Below, one piece after another: positions 30,937 through 40,845 of a stretch of 64,000 bases of DNA. Below the pieces are notes generated by a model that saw nothing but the letters and a program-made list of their open reading frames with translations, was not told where the DNA came from and ran no database searches. The stretch's first letter is position 1; each line of letters begins with the position of its first letter. The stretch lies in contig JBCBJQ010000014.1 of the NCBI GenBank assembly GCA_038523235.1, positions 1 to 64,000 of the forward strand, read 5' to 3'. This stretch comes from Cyanobacteria bacterium J06626_4 (lineage in GTDB: Bacteria > Cyanobacteriota > Cyanobacteriia > Phormidesmidales > Phormidesmidaceae). The position numbers and the translations under genes are program-made.

Positions 30937-31059
30937 GGCGCGTCATCAATTAAACGAGAAAGCCTTGAAGCACAGACACTACCGTGCCCGCTCCGGAAAA
31001 CTAGCTAGGGGCTGAACCGCTCTCAACACCAGGGTTCAGGCTCTAAATGATGACAGCCC
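30937..31059. mobile_element. MITE flanked by CTAG direct repeats
   Basis: ctag|ggcgcgtcatcaatta ... taaatgatgacagccc|ctag. Confidence 0.65.
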
Positions 31060-31507
31060 CTAGAGTTCAGAGGTTTAGATGAACCCCAGTTTCTAGAATC
31101 GATAGACGACAAGCCCTACCTGGCAAAATTCTCTCTATTCTCGGGCTGTCACCGACTTTGAACCCAAAACGCGAGCCTTAAACCCGAGTCATCCTTCGTC
31201 AGTACATCTACGCCGTACTCTATGCGCAAGTCGTTGTAGATTTAGCTCGCATCGATTTACTAGAAACCGACCACCCATCCGGAATTGAATCAGTCGGCCT
31301 TACAGTTTCTATCAAAAGAGTTAAAGTTTTTTCGGTGAACCCCGTTAGCTGTGGCGCTAGGGTGTAGCTTTGAGAGGTTGTCTTTTGCCTGGCTAACCAG
31401 TGCAAAGGGCCAGTTTGTTGCCAACTCACCGTTGGCATTTGTTTTGCCCTGATGTTGTCGAAAGTCAACCGGGCACACTATCGCGAACCCTTAGCCCTAA
31501 AAACTTT

Positions 31508-32287
31508 ATGACTGCCGAAAATTCTTTTACAAGTTCTGCGGTTTCTCCCTTAGCTGCGATCGCGCTGAAACTTGTCGGCGTGGTAACAATTGCATCAGCT
31601 CTCTTAGACTTTTTGGTTTTGCTGATACCGCCCGATTTTTTGAATGCTCAGTGGCAGCTCAACGCGACCACCCAAATTGTTGACCGGGGAATTGTGCCGC
31701 TGGTCGGCATTGCCCTGCTGCTGGCGGGCTTTTGGGTTGAACGCAGTGCTGGCAAGTCAGCCCAGCCGGGGAATTTGCTCACTGACTTACGCTTTTGGGC
31801 CTGTGCGATTTCCAGCGTTTTAGGTCTCATTTTTTTAGTGGTGACATTCTTACACGTCAATAACGTGCGCATCACGACTCAGGAGGCCCTCGCGCAAGTT
31901 GAGCGAGAGGCGAATCAAGCGACTTCACAGCTTGAGCAGCGCCTGGAAGGTGAACTGAACCAGCAGCAAAGTCAGCTACAGATTTTGTTTGAGGATGATG
32001 AACTGTTGCAACAGGCGATCGAAGCTGGACAGCTACCAGCAGAGATTGAGCAGTTCAGAGGTAACCCTTCGGGCTTAGATGAGTTTTTGACCCAGCGAGC
32101 GGGCGAAGCGCAGCAGCAGATTGCTACTGAGATCGGCACTCGTCGCGAAGAAGCACGCGGTCAGGTAAGACGAGAAGCCATCAAGTCAGCAACTCGAGTT
32201 TCCATCAGTAGCTTCATTATGGCGATCGCCTATGTCGTGATCGGCTGGACAGGACTCCGTCGCTTGTTAAGTATGGGTGGCGCTTAG
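31508..32287 (+). CDS. HpsJ family protein (hormogonium polysaccharide-associated)
   Basis: WQLNATTQIVDRGIVPLVGIALL, three TM helices plus coiled coil plus TM; ATG 31508. Confidence 0.75.
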   Translation: MTAENSFTSSAVSPLAAIALKLVGVVTIASALLDFLVLLIPPDFLNAQWQLNATTQIVDRGIVPLVGIALLLAGFWVERSAGKSAQPGNLLTDLRFWACAISSVLGLIFLVVTFLHVNNVRITTQEALAQVEREANQATSQLEQRLEGELNQQQSQLQILFEDDELLQQAIEAGQLPAEIEQFRGNPSGLDEFLTQRAGEAQQQIATEIGTRREEARGQVRREAIKSATRVSISSFIMAIAYVVIGWTGLRRLLSMGGA

Positions 32288-32352
32288 GGAAATGACTAAG
32301 GGGCGTGTTATTGAATAACCCGTCAGCTTAAAAGGAGAAGCTATTCCAGTCG

Positions 32353-32382
32353 GGGGCAGAGCGATCGCTCTGCCCCTTTTTC
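32353..32382 (+). terminator. Intrinsic terminator centred on HIP1
   Basis: ggggcaga-gcgatcgc-tctgcccc followed by tttttt. Confidence 0.8.
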
Positions 32383-33288
32383 ATGCAGATTTTGCGGCTC
32401 TATCAGCCTTCAATCCTCAGCGTAGCGCCCCGCCCTGCAACCTCATCTCTGGCGTATCAAAAAACACCTGCAGTGAAGTTTTACACGACTCAACTTGACT
32501 GTTCAAATCTTGCTTAAACGACAACCCTAAATGAGTCTGCAGCAAGATATCGAGCACCTCATCACCAAGACTAAGTCATGCGATGCGGAGACAGATCACC
32601 GATTCCAACAAATGAATGGGCCAACCAATATCGTCAGAAAGGCCAGAAAGCATGACTTCTGGAGATCCCATTCTCAAATATTTTCATAACTAACGCGAAT
32701 TTATGTTGACTGTTCGTTTCTTTGTGTTAACTTTTAATTGCTTCATATTAATTTCAGATTGTTCAACTGGCTGGCCCACTTCTAAGAGCACTGGCAACAG
32801 TCCTGGGAGTCAAGCAGTTTAATAATCTGGCTGGGTCTCAAGAAATTCCCTTTGGCAGTGCCCCCAAGCGTCTCAGGCCACCCCTGCTGCGCTTTGCTAC
32901 AGGTGTTTTTTATCAATGACCTTGATCACCCCAAGCCATCCCGATGGCGAGTGCGGTGTTGTGCTGGTCCCCTGCGTTCAGGGTGCTCATCGGTACACAG
33001 TTTTTTTGATTTCTGACAACCCCCATATAGCCATAGGCTTTTGCGTGACTCCTGTGGCTTGATTTGAGTTGCTTCGCTGTTGTCAACGGTGGAGACAGTT
33101 GAATCAAACTCAAGAGCTGAGTCACTAGCTTGAGGATGGGGTTAGCGGATTGTTTTCTGTTGCTTGGAAAACCGATGAGTTGTCTACCGTCAGACAGTTC
33201 TAAATGTTTGCCTATGTGTTGAGTCCGACCTATCGCAAATAGCTGCAGTTAGCCTGCCGTTTATGACTTCTAAGGGAGTGATTTTGAG

Positions 33289-34146
33289 ATGATTACGCTA
33301 GACGATTTTCAGGCCTATTTGAATGCTGATGATATTAACGCTGTCATGAAAAGTGCTTGTCAAGCGGCGATCGCATCGCCCGCATTAATGCACTTGTTCA
33401 TGGAGCGCTTTGTGAAATACAGCGCCTCCTACAGCCACTCAGTACCGACTCTATGTGGCACCATTGGCCGCAGTGAGCAATTTTGCGATCCGCAGGCCGC
33501 GATCGCCCGTCACAGCAACCGGGGTATGGACGTTGCCGCCAAAGTTTTTTCCGCTTCCATCGAAGAGTTTCAGGATCCTCGCACGGGCGTTTCCCATCGC
33601 ACGCTGGCCTATGCGCTGCTTGATGAATTAGTCGCCTACGCCGGGCTCTCTGACGCTGCGGTTGAGCGGGTTATTGAGGCCGAAAGCTGGCTAGATGACA
33701 TGACTCAATTCGTGCAGGCTGCTTATCGGGCAGAGCCCAATAGCTTAGAGCAAATGGTGCGGGCAATGGGCTTTCACGCCGCCGCTGAAACAATTGGCGG
33801 CAATGAGTTTAGCATCATCAACTCGATATTCTTTTCGGGTCAACGCGAGGGCGATTTCGGTCAGTTTATCAAGCAGCATAAAGCCCGGTTCGAAGCTGGC
33901 ATGGTCAGCCCCTGGTATTGGATCGTGATTCACGGCACATCGACAACCGAAGGCGTCGAACTCGGCCATGCCGATGATGCGATTCAGGCCTTGAATCTCG
34001 CTGCTCGCTATTCCTCAGTATCTGAGGGCCAAATTGTGGAATGGGCAGGCCAAGGTGTCCGTCAGTTGGCCAGCATCCAAACCCGCTTTTTTCAGCGCGT
34101 ACAGCAAGAAATTCGAGAGTCTGCAGGGCTTTCAGTGGCTGCTTAG
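33289..34146 (+). CDS. Heme-oxygenase-like diiron oxidase (HDO; CADD/TenA/PqqC fold), function unknown
   Basis: Helix-rich 285 aa with ordered ligand set E93-x9-H103, E167, H215, E224-x2-H227; RBS aagggag. Confidence 0.72.
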   Translation: MITLDDFQAYLNADDINAVMKSACQAAIASPALMHLFMERFVKYSASYSHSVPTLCGTIGRSEQFCDPQAAIARHSNRGMDVAAKVFSASIEEFQDPRTGVSHRTLAYALLDELVAYAGLSDAAVERVIEAESWLDDMTQFVQAAYRAEPNSLEQMVRAMGFHAAAETIGGNEFSIINSIFFSGQREGDFGQFIKQHKARFEAGMVSPWYWIVIHGTSTTEGVELGHADDAIQALNLAARYSSVSEGQIVEWAGQGVRQLASIQTRFFQRVQQEIRESAGLSVAA

Positions 34147-34264
34147 TGCCTGTTTAGCCTTCGTCGCAGCATCGACCTTACACAACTGCTAACGTGGCGG
34201 CCAAGTCGATCGCGCTGCCAAATTTCGTAAATCATTTCACACCCCCTTTCGGAGATTCCTCAAC

Positions 34265-34735
34265 ATGCTTATTGTGCAAACAGCGGCAGATGGTAAAGGT
34301 AAGCGCCTGACCACAACCCAACCGATTCTGCGCGGCGCGGCTTTTCATACCATCGCGAACTATCGCTTTGCTGACGAACGAACCTACACCAGCGTTCAAA
34401 TCGACTCAGACGAGAGCATTGAAGAACATTTCCTAGCTCATCTCAATCACAGCTGCGATCCGAATGTCATCATCGATGCGACCAGTCTGGAATTGCGAGC
34501 GATCCGTGATATCCAACCCGGTGAAGACCTAACCTTCTTTTATCCCAGCACGGAGTGGGCGATGGCAGAGCCATTTACCTGCCTGTGTGGCACAGCCAAT
34601 TGTATTGGCACGATCTCAGGGGCACGGGATTTGCCGCTAAATGTGTTAGGTCGCTACTTCATTAATCGCCATATTGGTGGTGCCGCCTTAGAACACTTAG
34701 TTGGCAAGGGCATGGAAGCTCAGGTGTCAGCTTGA
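34265..34735 (+). CDS. Stand-alone SET-domain SAM-dependent methyltransferase with post-SET Zn site
   Basis: LNHSCDPN, AIRDIQPGEDLTFFY, CLCGTANC; RBS ggaga. Confidence 0.9.
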   Translation: MLIVQTAADGKGKRLTTTQPILRGAAFHTIANYRFADERTYTSVQIDSDESIEEHFLAHLNHSCDPNVIIDATSLELRAIRDIQPGEDLTFFYPSTEWAMAEPFTCLCGTANCIGTISGARDLPLNVLGRYFINRHIGGAALEHLVGKGMEAQVSA

Positions 34736-34757
34736 GGCACGGCCTTGCTCTGCAAAC

Positions 34758-34804
34758 GAGAGGAGCACCAGGTAAAATTACACACCTTTCCTGGTGCTCC
34801 TCTC
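34758..34804 (+). terminator. Strong hairpin closing the HDO-SET operon
   Basis: gagaggagcaccagg ... cctggtgctcctctc (15-bp perfect stem). Confidence 0.7.
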
Positions 34805-35287
34805 TAGGTATTTTCGGCAGGGTTGGTGATGTCAAGAAAAGTCACCCTTCTACGTGATTTTGTGTCTGCAGTAAGGGCGAAAAAACTTTTGCCCTTTTAG
34901 AAACCTTTGAATTTCAGAGAGTTTCTGGCAACAGATGCCTCTTTCTATGCTGTTTGGCAACAGTTAAGTTTTCAAGACCTTTGGGCTAAGGCCAACGACC
35001 TTTCATCAGTGCTTTTACTCAAGACAGTTTGCCTAACCAGCTCATAGAGTGCGCTCTTAATTTTCAGGGCCTGTAAAACCATTAATCAAACCGCATTGCC
35101 TAAGTTGCTCAAGCCGTCAATCCGTGCAATCTAGGTATGCAACCCAAAAGATCAGGTATGTCAGTAAAACAACCTAAAAATATTGATTGGCAGAAACTAT
35201 CGCAATTTTAGATTTGTTTTAGATTGACTATGCTTTCATTGATGGGCACTCTTTTAGTGATATCGACGGTTTAATGTGGTTTCCAAA

Positions 35288-37519
35288 ATGCGAATATCTG
35301 ATCGAGGTAGAGCCTTACAGCTTTTTCTGATTGTGCCCTTTGTACTGCAGATTTTTGGCGCTGTAGGTCTCATCGGCTATATCTCGTTCCGCAAGGGTGA
35401 ACAAGCCGTTGAGGAATTGGCGGAAGAGCTCATCACCGAGGTGACCAAAACCGTCGATAGTCGCCTGGATTATTACCTATCCATTCCCCATCAGGTCAAT
35501 CAGATCAATGCCGATGCGATTCAGATGGGATTGATCGACCTCAACGATCGCGAAGCTACGGCTAAGTATTTTTGGCGGCAAATGCAAGCCTATGACCTGA
35601 CCTATGTTGGCTATGGGTTAACGACGGGAGCTGGGGCCGGGGCGGCTCGCTACGATGGCAAAACGGTTACCATCGACGACTGGTCTGAGAATTCTCCTGG
35701 TAATGGTCTCAACTATGCCACTGACGAGCAGGGCAATCGCCTGTCTGTCAATGCTCCATTTGATTTTGATAACTTCAGCGAAGCTTGGTACAACGAACCG
35801 CTCGCCGCTGGCGAACCGACCTGGTCGCGCATCTACACCTGGATGCATCCAGATGGTTACCCCTATATTACGGCTTCCGCCGGGCGACCCGTTTACGATG
35901 CTAACAACCAACTGCTGGGGATGATCGCCGCAGATATTCATTTACTCAAGCTGAGCGATTTCCTGCGGGAATTAGAAATTAGTCAAGCGGGTCAAGTCTT
36001 TATTGTTGAGCGGGATGGCACCCTGATTGCCAGCTCTGGTGATCAGGATCCCTTCAAACTGGTGGATGGTGACATTCAACGAATCAACGCCATCAACAGT
36101 CCCGACGAGAGGATTCAAGGCATTGCGCGGTACCTAAAGCAAACCTCAGACTTGGCTACGCTCTCGACCTCGAAAGACTTAAATCTGGAGCTGAATGACG
36201 AGACCTACTTTGTCGAGATTCAGCCTTGGCAAGATGACTACGGACTCGACTGGATGTTTGTGGTGGCAGTACCACAGCAGGTATTTATGGGGCAAATCTA
36301 TGCGAATGCTCGCACTACTGCCCTACTGTGCGTCGGTGCTCTTTTCGTGGCGACCGTCTTTGGCCTCATAACGGCGCGACATATTACTCGACCGGTCAAA
36401 GAGTTGAATGCCGCGAGTCAAAAAATTGCCTCCGGCTCACTCGATGAAGCAGTGGGTGATAGTGGCATTCGGGAACTCGATACGCTGGCCCACTCGTTCA
36501 ATTACATGGCTCAGCAGTTACGCGAATCGTTTGCGGTAATTGAAGCCAGCAAAGGCGAGTTAGAAAATCGGGTAGAGGCTCGCACTGCCGAGTTAAAAGC
36601 CGCGCTCACAGAATTACAGCAAACTCAACTGCAGGTGATTCAGGGCGAAAAAATGTCGAGTTTGGGGCAGTTGGTGGCAGGCGTGGCTCACGAAATCAAC
36701 AATCCCGTCAATTTTATTTACGGCAACTTGACCCATGTGGAAGAGTACTCACAGGCTCTGTTGAATGTAGTGAATGTGTTTCAGCAGCATTATCCAGAGC
36801 CGGATTTAGCCGTTCAGCACAGTCTGGAAGATACCGATGTGGACTTTATGCAAGAGGACTTGCCCAAAATCTTGTCCTCGATGCGGTTAGGCACTCAGCG
36901 AATTCGTCAGATTGTCCTGTCGCTCCGTAACTTCTCACGCATGGATGAGGCCGAGATGAAATCGGTTGATATTCACGAAGGGCTGGAGAGTACGCTGGTC
37001 ATCTTGCACCATCGCCTCAAAGCGCAACCCGAGCAACCCGCGGTTGAAATCGTTCGCCAGTATGGTGATCTGCCCTTAGTGGAATGCTATGCCGGACAGC
37101 TCAATCAGGTGTTTATGAATATCTTTTCCAACGCACTGGATGCGTTGGAGGAGATGAATGAATCGCGATCGCTAGAGGCGATTAAAGCCCATCCCAACAT
37201 CATCACAATCACCACAGCGCTGCTGGCAAATCAGCAGGTTCGCATTACCATCGCCGATAATGGCCCAGGCATCACTGAGCCGGTGCGGCGGCGAGTCTTT
37301 GACCCCTTCTTCACCACTAAACCGTTGGGCAAAGGTACGGGCATGGGTATGTCTATCAGCTACAGCATTGTGGTCGAAAAGCATGGCGGTAGTCTGACAT
37401 GTGATTCCACAGTGGGGCAAGGTACCGAGTTTGTGATTCAGATTCCCATTCATCAAATATCAAATGAGGCGGATGACATAACGGCACCCACGACGGCCTC
37501 AGTACCGGCAACGGTATAA
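35288..37519 (+). CDS. Cache-HAMP sensor histidine kinase
   Basis: TM-Cache (AWYNEP...PTWSRIY...[11 protein letters not shown])-TM-HAMP, H-box [45 protein letters not shown]. Confidence 0.93.
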   Translation: MRISDRGRALQLFLIVPFVLQIFGAVGLIGYISFRKGEQAVEELAEELITEVTKTVDSRLDYYLSIPHQVNQINADAIQMGLIDLNDREATAKYFWRQMQAYDLTYVGYGLTTGAGAGAARYDGKTVTIDDWSENSPGNGLNYATDEQGNRLSVNAPFDFDNFSEAWYNEPLAAGEPTWSRIYTWMHPDGYPYITASAGRPVYDANNQLLGMIAADIHLLKLSDFLRELEISQAGQVFIVERDGTLIASSGDQDPFKLVDGDIQRINAINSPDERIQGIARYLKQTSDLATLSTSKDLNLELNDETYFVEIQPWQDDYGLDWMFVVAVPQQVFMGQIYANARTTALLCVGALFVATVFGLITARHITRPVKELNAASQKIASGSLDEAVGDSGIRELDTLAHSFNYMAQQLRESFAVIEASKGELENRVEARTAELKAALTELQQTQLQVIQGEKMSSLGQLVAGVAHEINNPVNFIYGNLTHVEEYSQALLNVVNVFQQHYPEPDLAVQHSLEDTDVDFMQEDLPKILSSMRLGTQRIRQIVLSLRNFSRMDEAEMKSVDIHEGLESTLVILHHRLKAQPEQPAVEIVRQYGDLPLVECYAGQLNQVFMNIFSNALDALEEMNESRSLEAIKAHPNIITITTALLANQQVRITIADNGPGITEPVRRRVFDPFFTTKPLGKGTGMGMSISYSIVVEKHGGSLTCDSTVGQGTEFVIQIPIHQISNEADDITAPTTASVPATV

Positions 37520-37986
37520 GTCAGTTCATCGGGCTGAGCGATGGGGAACTGCAGTCACATCGGTTCCGGTCATGCGACAAAAATCACTGGATGCGGCTAG
37601 CGATGCTTTTGCGCGATCGCTGGCACTTTTCGGCATTGGGTTGAGCCGCTAGCCGCAACAAGACCGGTTGGCAACAACAGAAACCAACCATCACGTCGGG
37701 CTACACTGCAAGCAGTCGCCGAGCTCATCGCCATCGCCAGCCGCTGCTGCCGTCGCCAGGGTCGTCATCGGGCCAGCTCAATGCCAGGGCAAAGAGGCTA
37801 TGTACAGGCGATACCATCAGGGATGTCTTCAGAATGTTTACTGACCTGCCACGGTTGCTGTCCTCTGGCCTCATGGCCTACGCCGGAGCAACTCGGCTGG
37901 GGAACCGGTGCGGTGCCCCCACCAGAACACGATGGCCGGCGCTGGTATGGGAATATCGGTCATGCCCTAAGTAGGAGATCTCAGCC

Positions 37987-39399
37987 TTGCGGAAACTGCC
38001 GCCTTTACCCTTTTCAGTCAAGTTAGCCTACGGCACCGGAGAACTCGCAGCGGCGGTACCGTCTAGTTTGTCAGCGTTCTTTCTGCTCTATTTCTTTACG
38101 TCAGTGGCGGGCTTGAGCCCGGCGCTGGCGGGGGGCGTGCTCATGTTTGGCCGCCTGTGGGATGCAATCAACGACCCGCTGGTGGGCTGGTTAAGCGATC
38201 GCACCGAATCGCCCCTAGGACGGCGCTATCCCTGGATGCTGATCGGGTCGGTTCCGCTGTCGATTTGCTTTGTGCTGCTGTGGACGGTGCCCCCAGTCGA
38301 AACGCAATGGGGCCTCTTTGCCTACTACGCTATCCTCTCGCTGTTTGCCTTTGCCTCGCTGACGGCGGTACAGCTGCCTTATACGACTCTCGCGGCTGAA
38401 CTGTCGGATGACTATGACGAACGCACGGCGCTGATTGGCATGAAGTCAGCCTTCAGCATTAGCGGCAGCATTTTGGGTCTGGTCATGGCCCAAATCGTGT
38501 TTGACCATGTGGTCGATCCGAGCGCGCAATACCATCTCTTGGGTCGCCTCTCGGCCATCCCAGCTGTGTTCATGATTTTGATTTGTGTGGTGGGCACTTA
38601 TCGCCGGTATTGGCTGGTACACGCCAGCCGGCCCAAACTTCACACGCAGAAGCAGACAACTTCACTATTTTCAGAAATTCGCAGCGTGTTTAAAAATGGG
38701 GCTTTTCGGAAGATTTTGGGGCTTTATCTGTGCGGCTGGATTGGCATTCAACTCACGGCGGTGATGCTGCCGTATTTTGTGAGCGCGTGGATGGGCCTAT
38801 CGGAAAGTCACTTTGCCCGCATGGCTCTGACCGTACAGGGCACGGCGATCGCTATGGTGCTCGTGTGGGAGCGGGTGGCAAGACTGAGCGGCAAGCGGAC
38901 GGTCTTTATGCTGGGTGCCCCCTTAGCCATTGCGGCCCTATTGCTGCTGCTGACCCTGCAGCCAGGGGATGTCGTCATGATGTATCTGCTGGGCATGGTT
39001 GCGGGCACGGGCGTCGCCACGATGTATATGGTGCCGTTCTCCATGCTGCCCGACGTGGTGGATTTGGATGAGCTCCAAACTGGACTGCGCCGCGAAGGGC
39101 TGTACTTTAGTGCGGTGGTATTTTTGCAGAAACTCGGCATCGCCGTGGCTCTATTTGCCTCGGGCACGCTGTTAGACCTCACCGGCTTTGTCGCAGAGGC
39201 GGCAACTCAACCGACGGTTACTCTATGGACAATTCGGCTGTTGATTGGCCCTCTGCCTGCAGTCTTGCTGCTGTGCAGTGTCTGGTTTGCCTATCGCTAT
39301 CCGATCAATCGACAGCGCCATCAAGAAATTCTCTTAGCCCTGCACGACAAACGACAGCAAAAGCTGACTATCAATGCGCCCACTGGACAGGAGCTGTGA
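37987..39399 (+). CDS. MFS transporter, glycoside-pentoside-hexuronide (MelB/GPH) family
   Basis: KLAYGTG, WDAINDPLVGWLSDRT, LPDVVDLDELQTGLRREGLYF; TTG start with aggag RBS. Confidence 0.9.
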   Translation: MRKLPPLPFSVKLAYGTGELAAAVPSSLSAFFLLYFFTSVAGLSPALAGGVLMFGRLWDAINDPLVGWLSDRTESPLGRRYPWMLIGSVPLSICFVLLWTVPPVETQWGLFAYYAILSLFAFASLTAVQLPYTTLAAELSDDYDERTALIGMKSAFSISGSILGLVMAQIVFDHVVDPSAQYHLLGRLSAIPAVFMILICVVGTYRRYWLVHASRPKLHTQKQTTSLFSEIRSVFKNGAFRKILGLYLCGWIGIQLTAVMLPYFVSAWMGLSESHFARMALTVQGTAIAMVLVWERVARLSGKRTVFMLGAPLAIAALLLLLTLQPGDVVMMYLLGMVAGTGVATMYMVPFSMLPDVVDLDELQTGLRREGLYFSAVVFLQKLGIAVALFASGTLLDLTGFVAEAATQPTVTLWTIRLLIGPLPAVLLLCSVWFAYRYPINRQRHQEILLALHDKRQQKLTINAPTGQEL

Positions 39400-39535
39400 C
39401 CGGGTCAGCAGGATGCCGTGGGAGGCAATCGGGGCAGCCAGGAAGTGAAAGGACTAAGAGCGCGAGGCCATGGTTGGTTGCTGATCACTCGCGATCGCTC
39501 TAGCATGGGAAACTACGCTACGGGTTCTATTGACC

Positions 39536-40661
39536 ATGTTGGAAACGACAGATTTAAAGCGCGATTTGGCCGTGTTGACGCAGCGCCTGGGCACCGCTCA
39601 GGAGTATCTTTGACGTTGATGCGATTACCGCCCGTATTAAGGATCTAGAGCAGCTAGCGGCGCAGCCGGAGCTATGGGATGACCAGGCCAGAGCCCAGCA
39701 GATTTTGCAGGAGCTGAACGATAATAAAGCGCAGCTGGAACAGCTCAAAACCTGGCAGGGCAGTTTAGACGACACCGAAGCCATCTTAGAACTGCTGGAA
39801 GAAAACTCTGACGAAACGCTACTCGCCGAAGCTCAGAGCACGCTGATTGAGATGACCCAGGCGCTCGACACTTGGGAACTGCAGCAACTGCTCTCTGGCG
39901 TGTATGACAAAAGCGGGGCGGTGCTCACCATCAATGCTGGGGCCGGGGGCACCGATGCCCAAGACTGGGCCGAGATGCTGCTGCGTATGTATACCCGCTG
40001 GGCCGAACGCCAGGGCTATAAGGTCGCGTTGGTAGAACAGTCAGACGGTGAAGAGGCGGGCCTCAAGTCGGCCACATTAGAAATTCAAGGTCGCTATGCC
40101 TTTGGCTATCTTAAGGCCGAAAAAGGCACCCACCGGCTGGTGCGCATTTCCCCCTTTAACGCCAATGGCAAGCGGCAAACTAGCTTTGCCGGAGTAGAGA
40201 TCATGCCCATTCTGGATCAGTCGATTGAGCTGGATATTCCCGACAAAGATTTGGAAATCAAGACGTCACGCTCCGGCGGCGCGGGCGGCCAAAACGTCAA
40301 CAAAGTAGAAACCGCCGTGCGGATTACCCATTTGCCGACGGGCATTTCGGTTCGGTGTACTCAGGAGCGATCGCAGCTGCAAAACCGCGAAAAGGCGATG
40401 GCCCTATTGACGGCGAAGCTGCTGATCATTGCCCAAGAACAACAGGCTCAGGCCATTGCCGAGATTCGCGGCGATATGGTCGAGGCGGCCTGGGGCAACC
40501 AAATTCGCAACTATGTGTTTCACCCTTACCAAATGGTGAAAGATTTGCGAACCGGCGAAGAAACCACGGCGATCGCCGACGTGATGGATGGCGCTTTAGA
40601 CCCGTTTATTCAGTCCTATCTGAGAAAAGATACGCAAACGGTAGCCGCCGAGGTCGTTTAA
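39536..40661 (+). CDS. prfB: Peptide chain release factor 2 (programmed +1 frameshift)
   Basis: 25 codons ending CTT TGA C (39608-39614) with internal SD aggag; the +1 frame carries SPF and GGQ. Confidence 0.97.
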
Positions 40662-40845
40662 TGCTGCGGTCGGTCATGCCTCCAGGTGCTTCATTAACCT
40701 TTCGAAGGTGGTGCTTTGCCCTCGGCGCTCCAATCAGGACTCGCTCGATCGCGGCTGGGGATATCCGCACTCGTCCTGTAGGGTATGGAAGCAAGGACTC
40801 CGTTAAATTGATTAAACGTTAGCGCTCCCCCTTTTAGTCAGTGAC

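Noticed and set aside
33289..34146. HDO as a CADD-type pABA synthase linked to folD or the DHFR-like gene
   Set aside because: The folate genes are more than 25 kb away; the operon partner is a SET enzyme and the ligand spacing differs.
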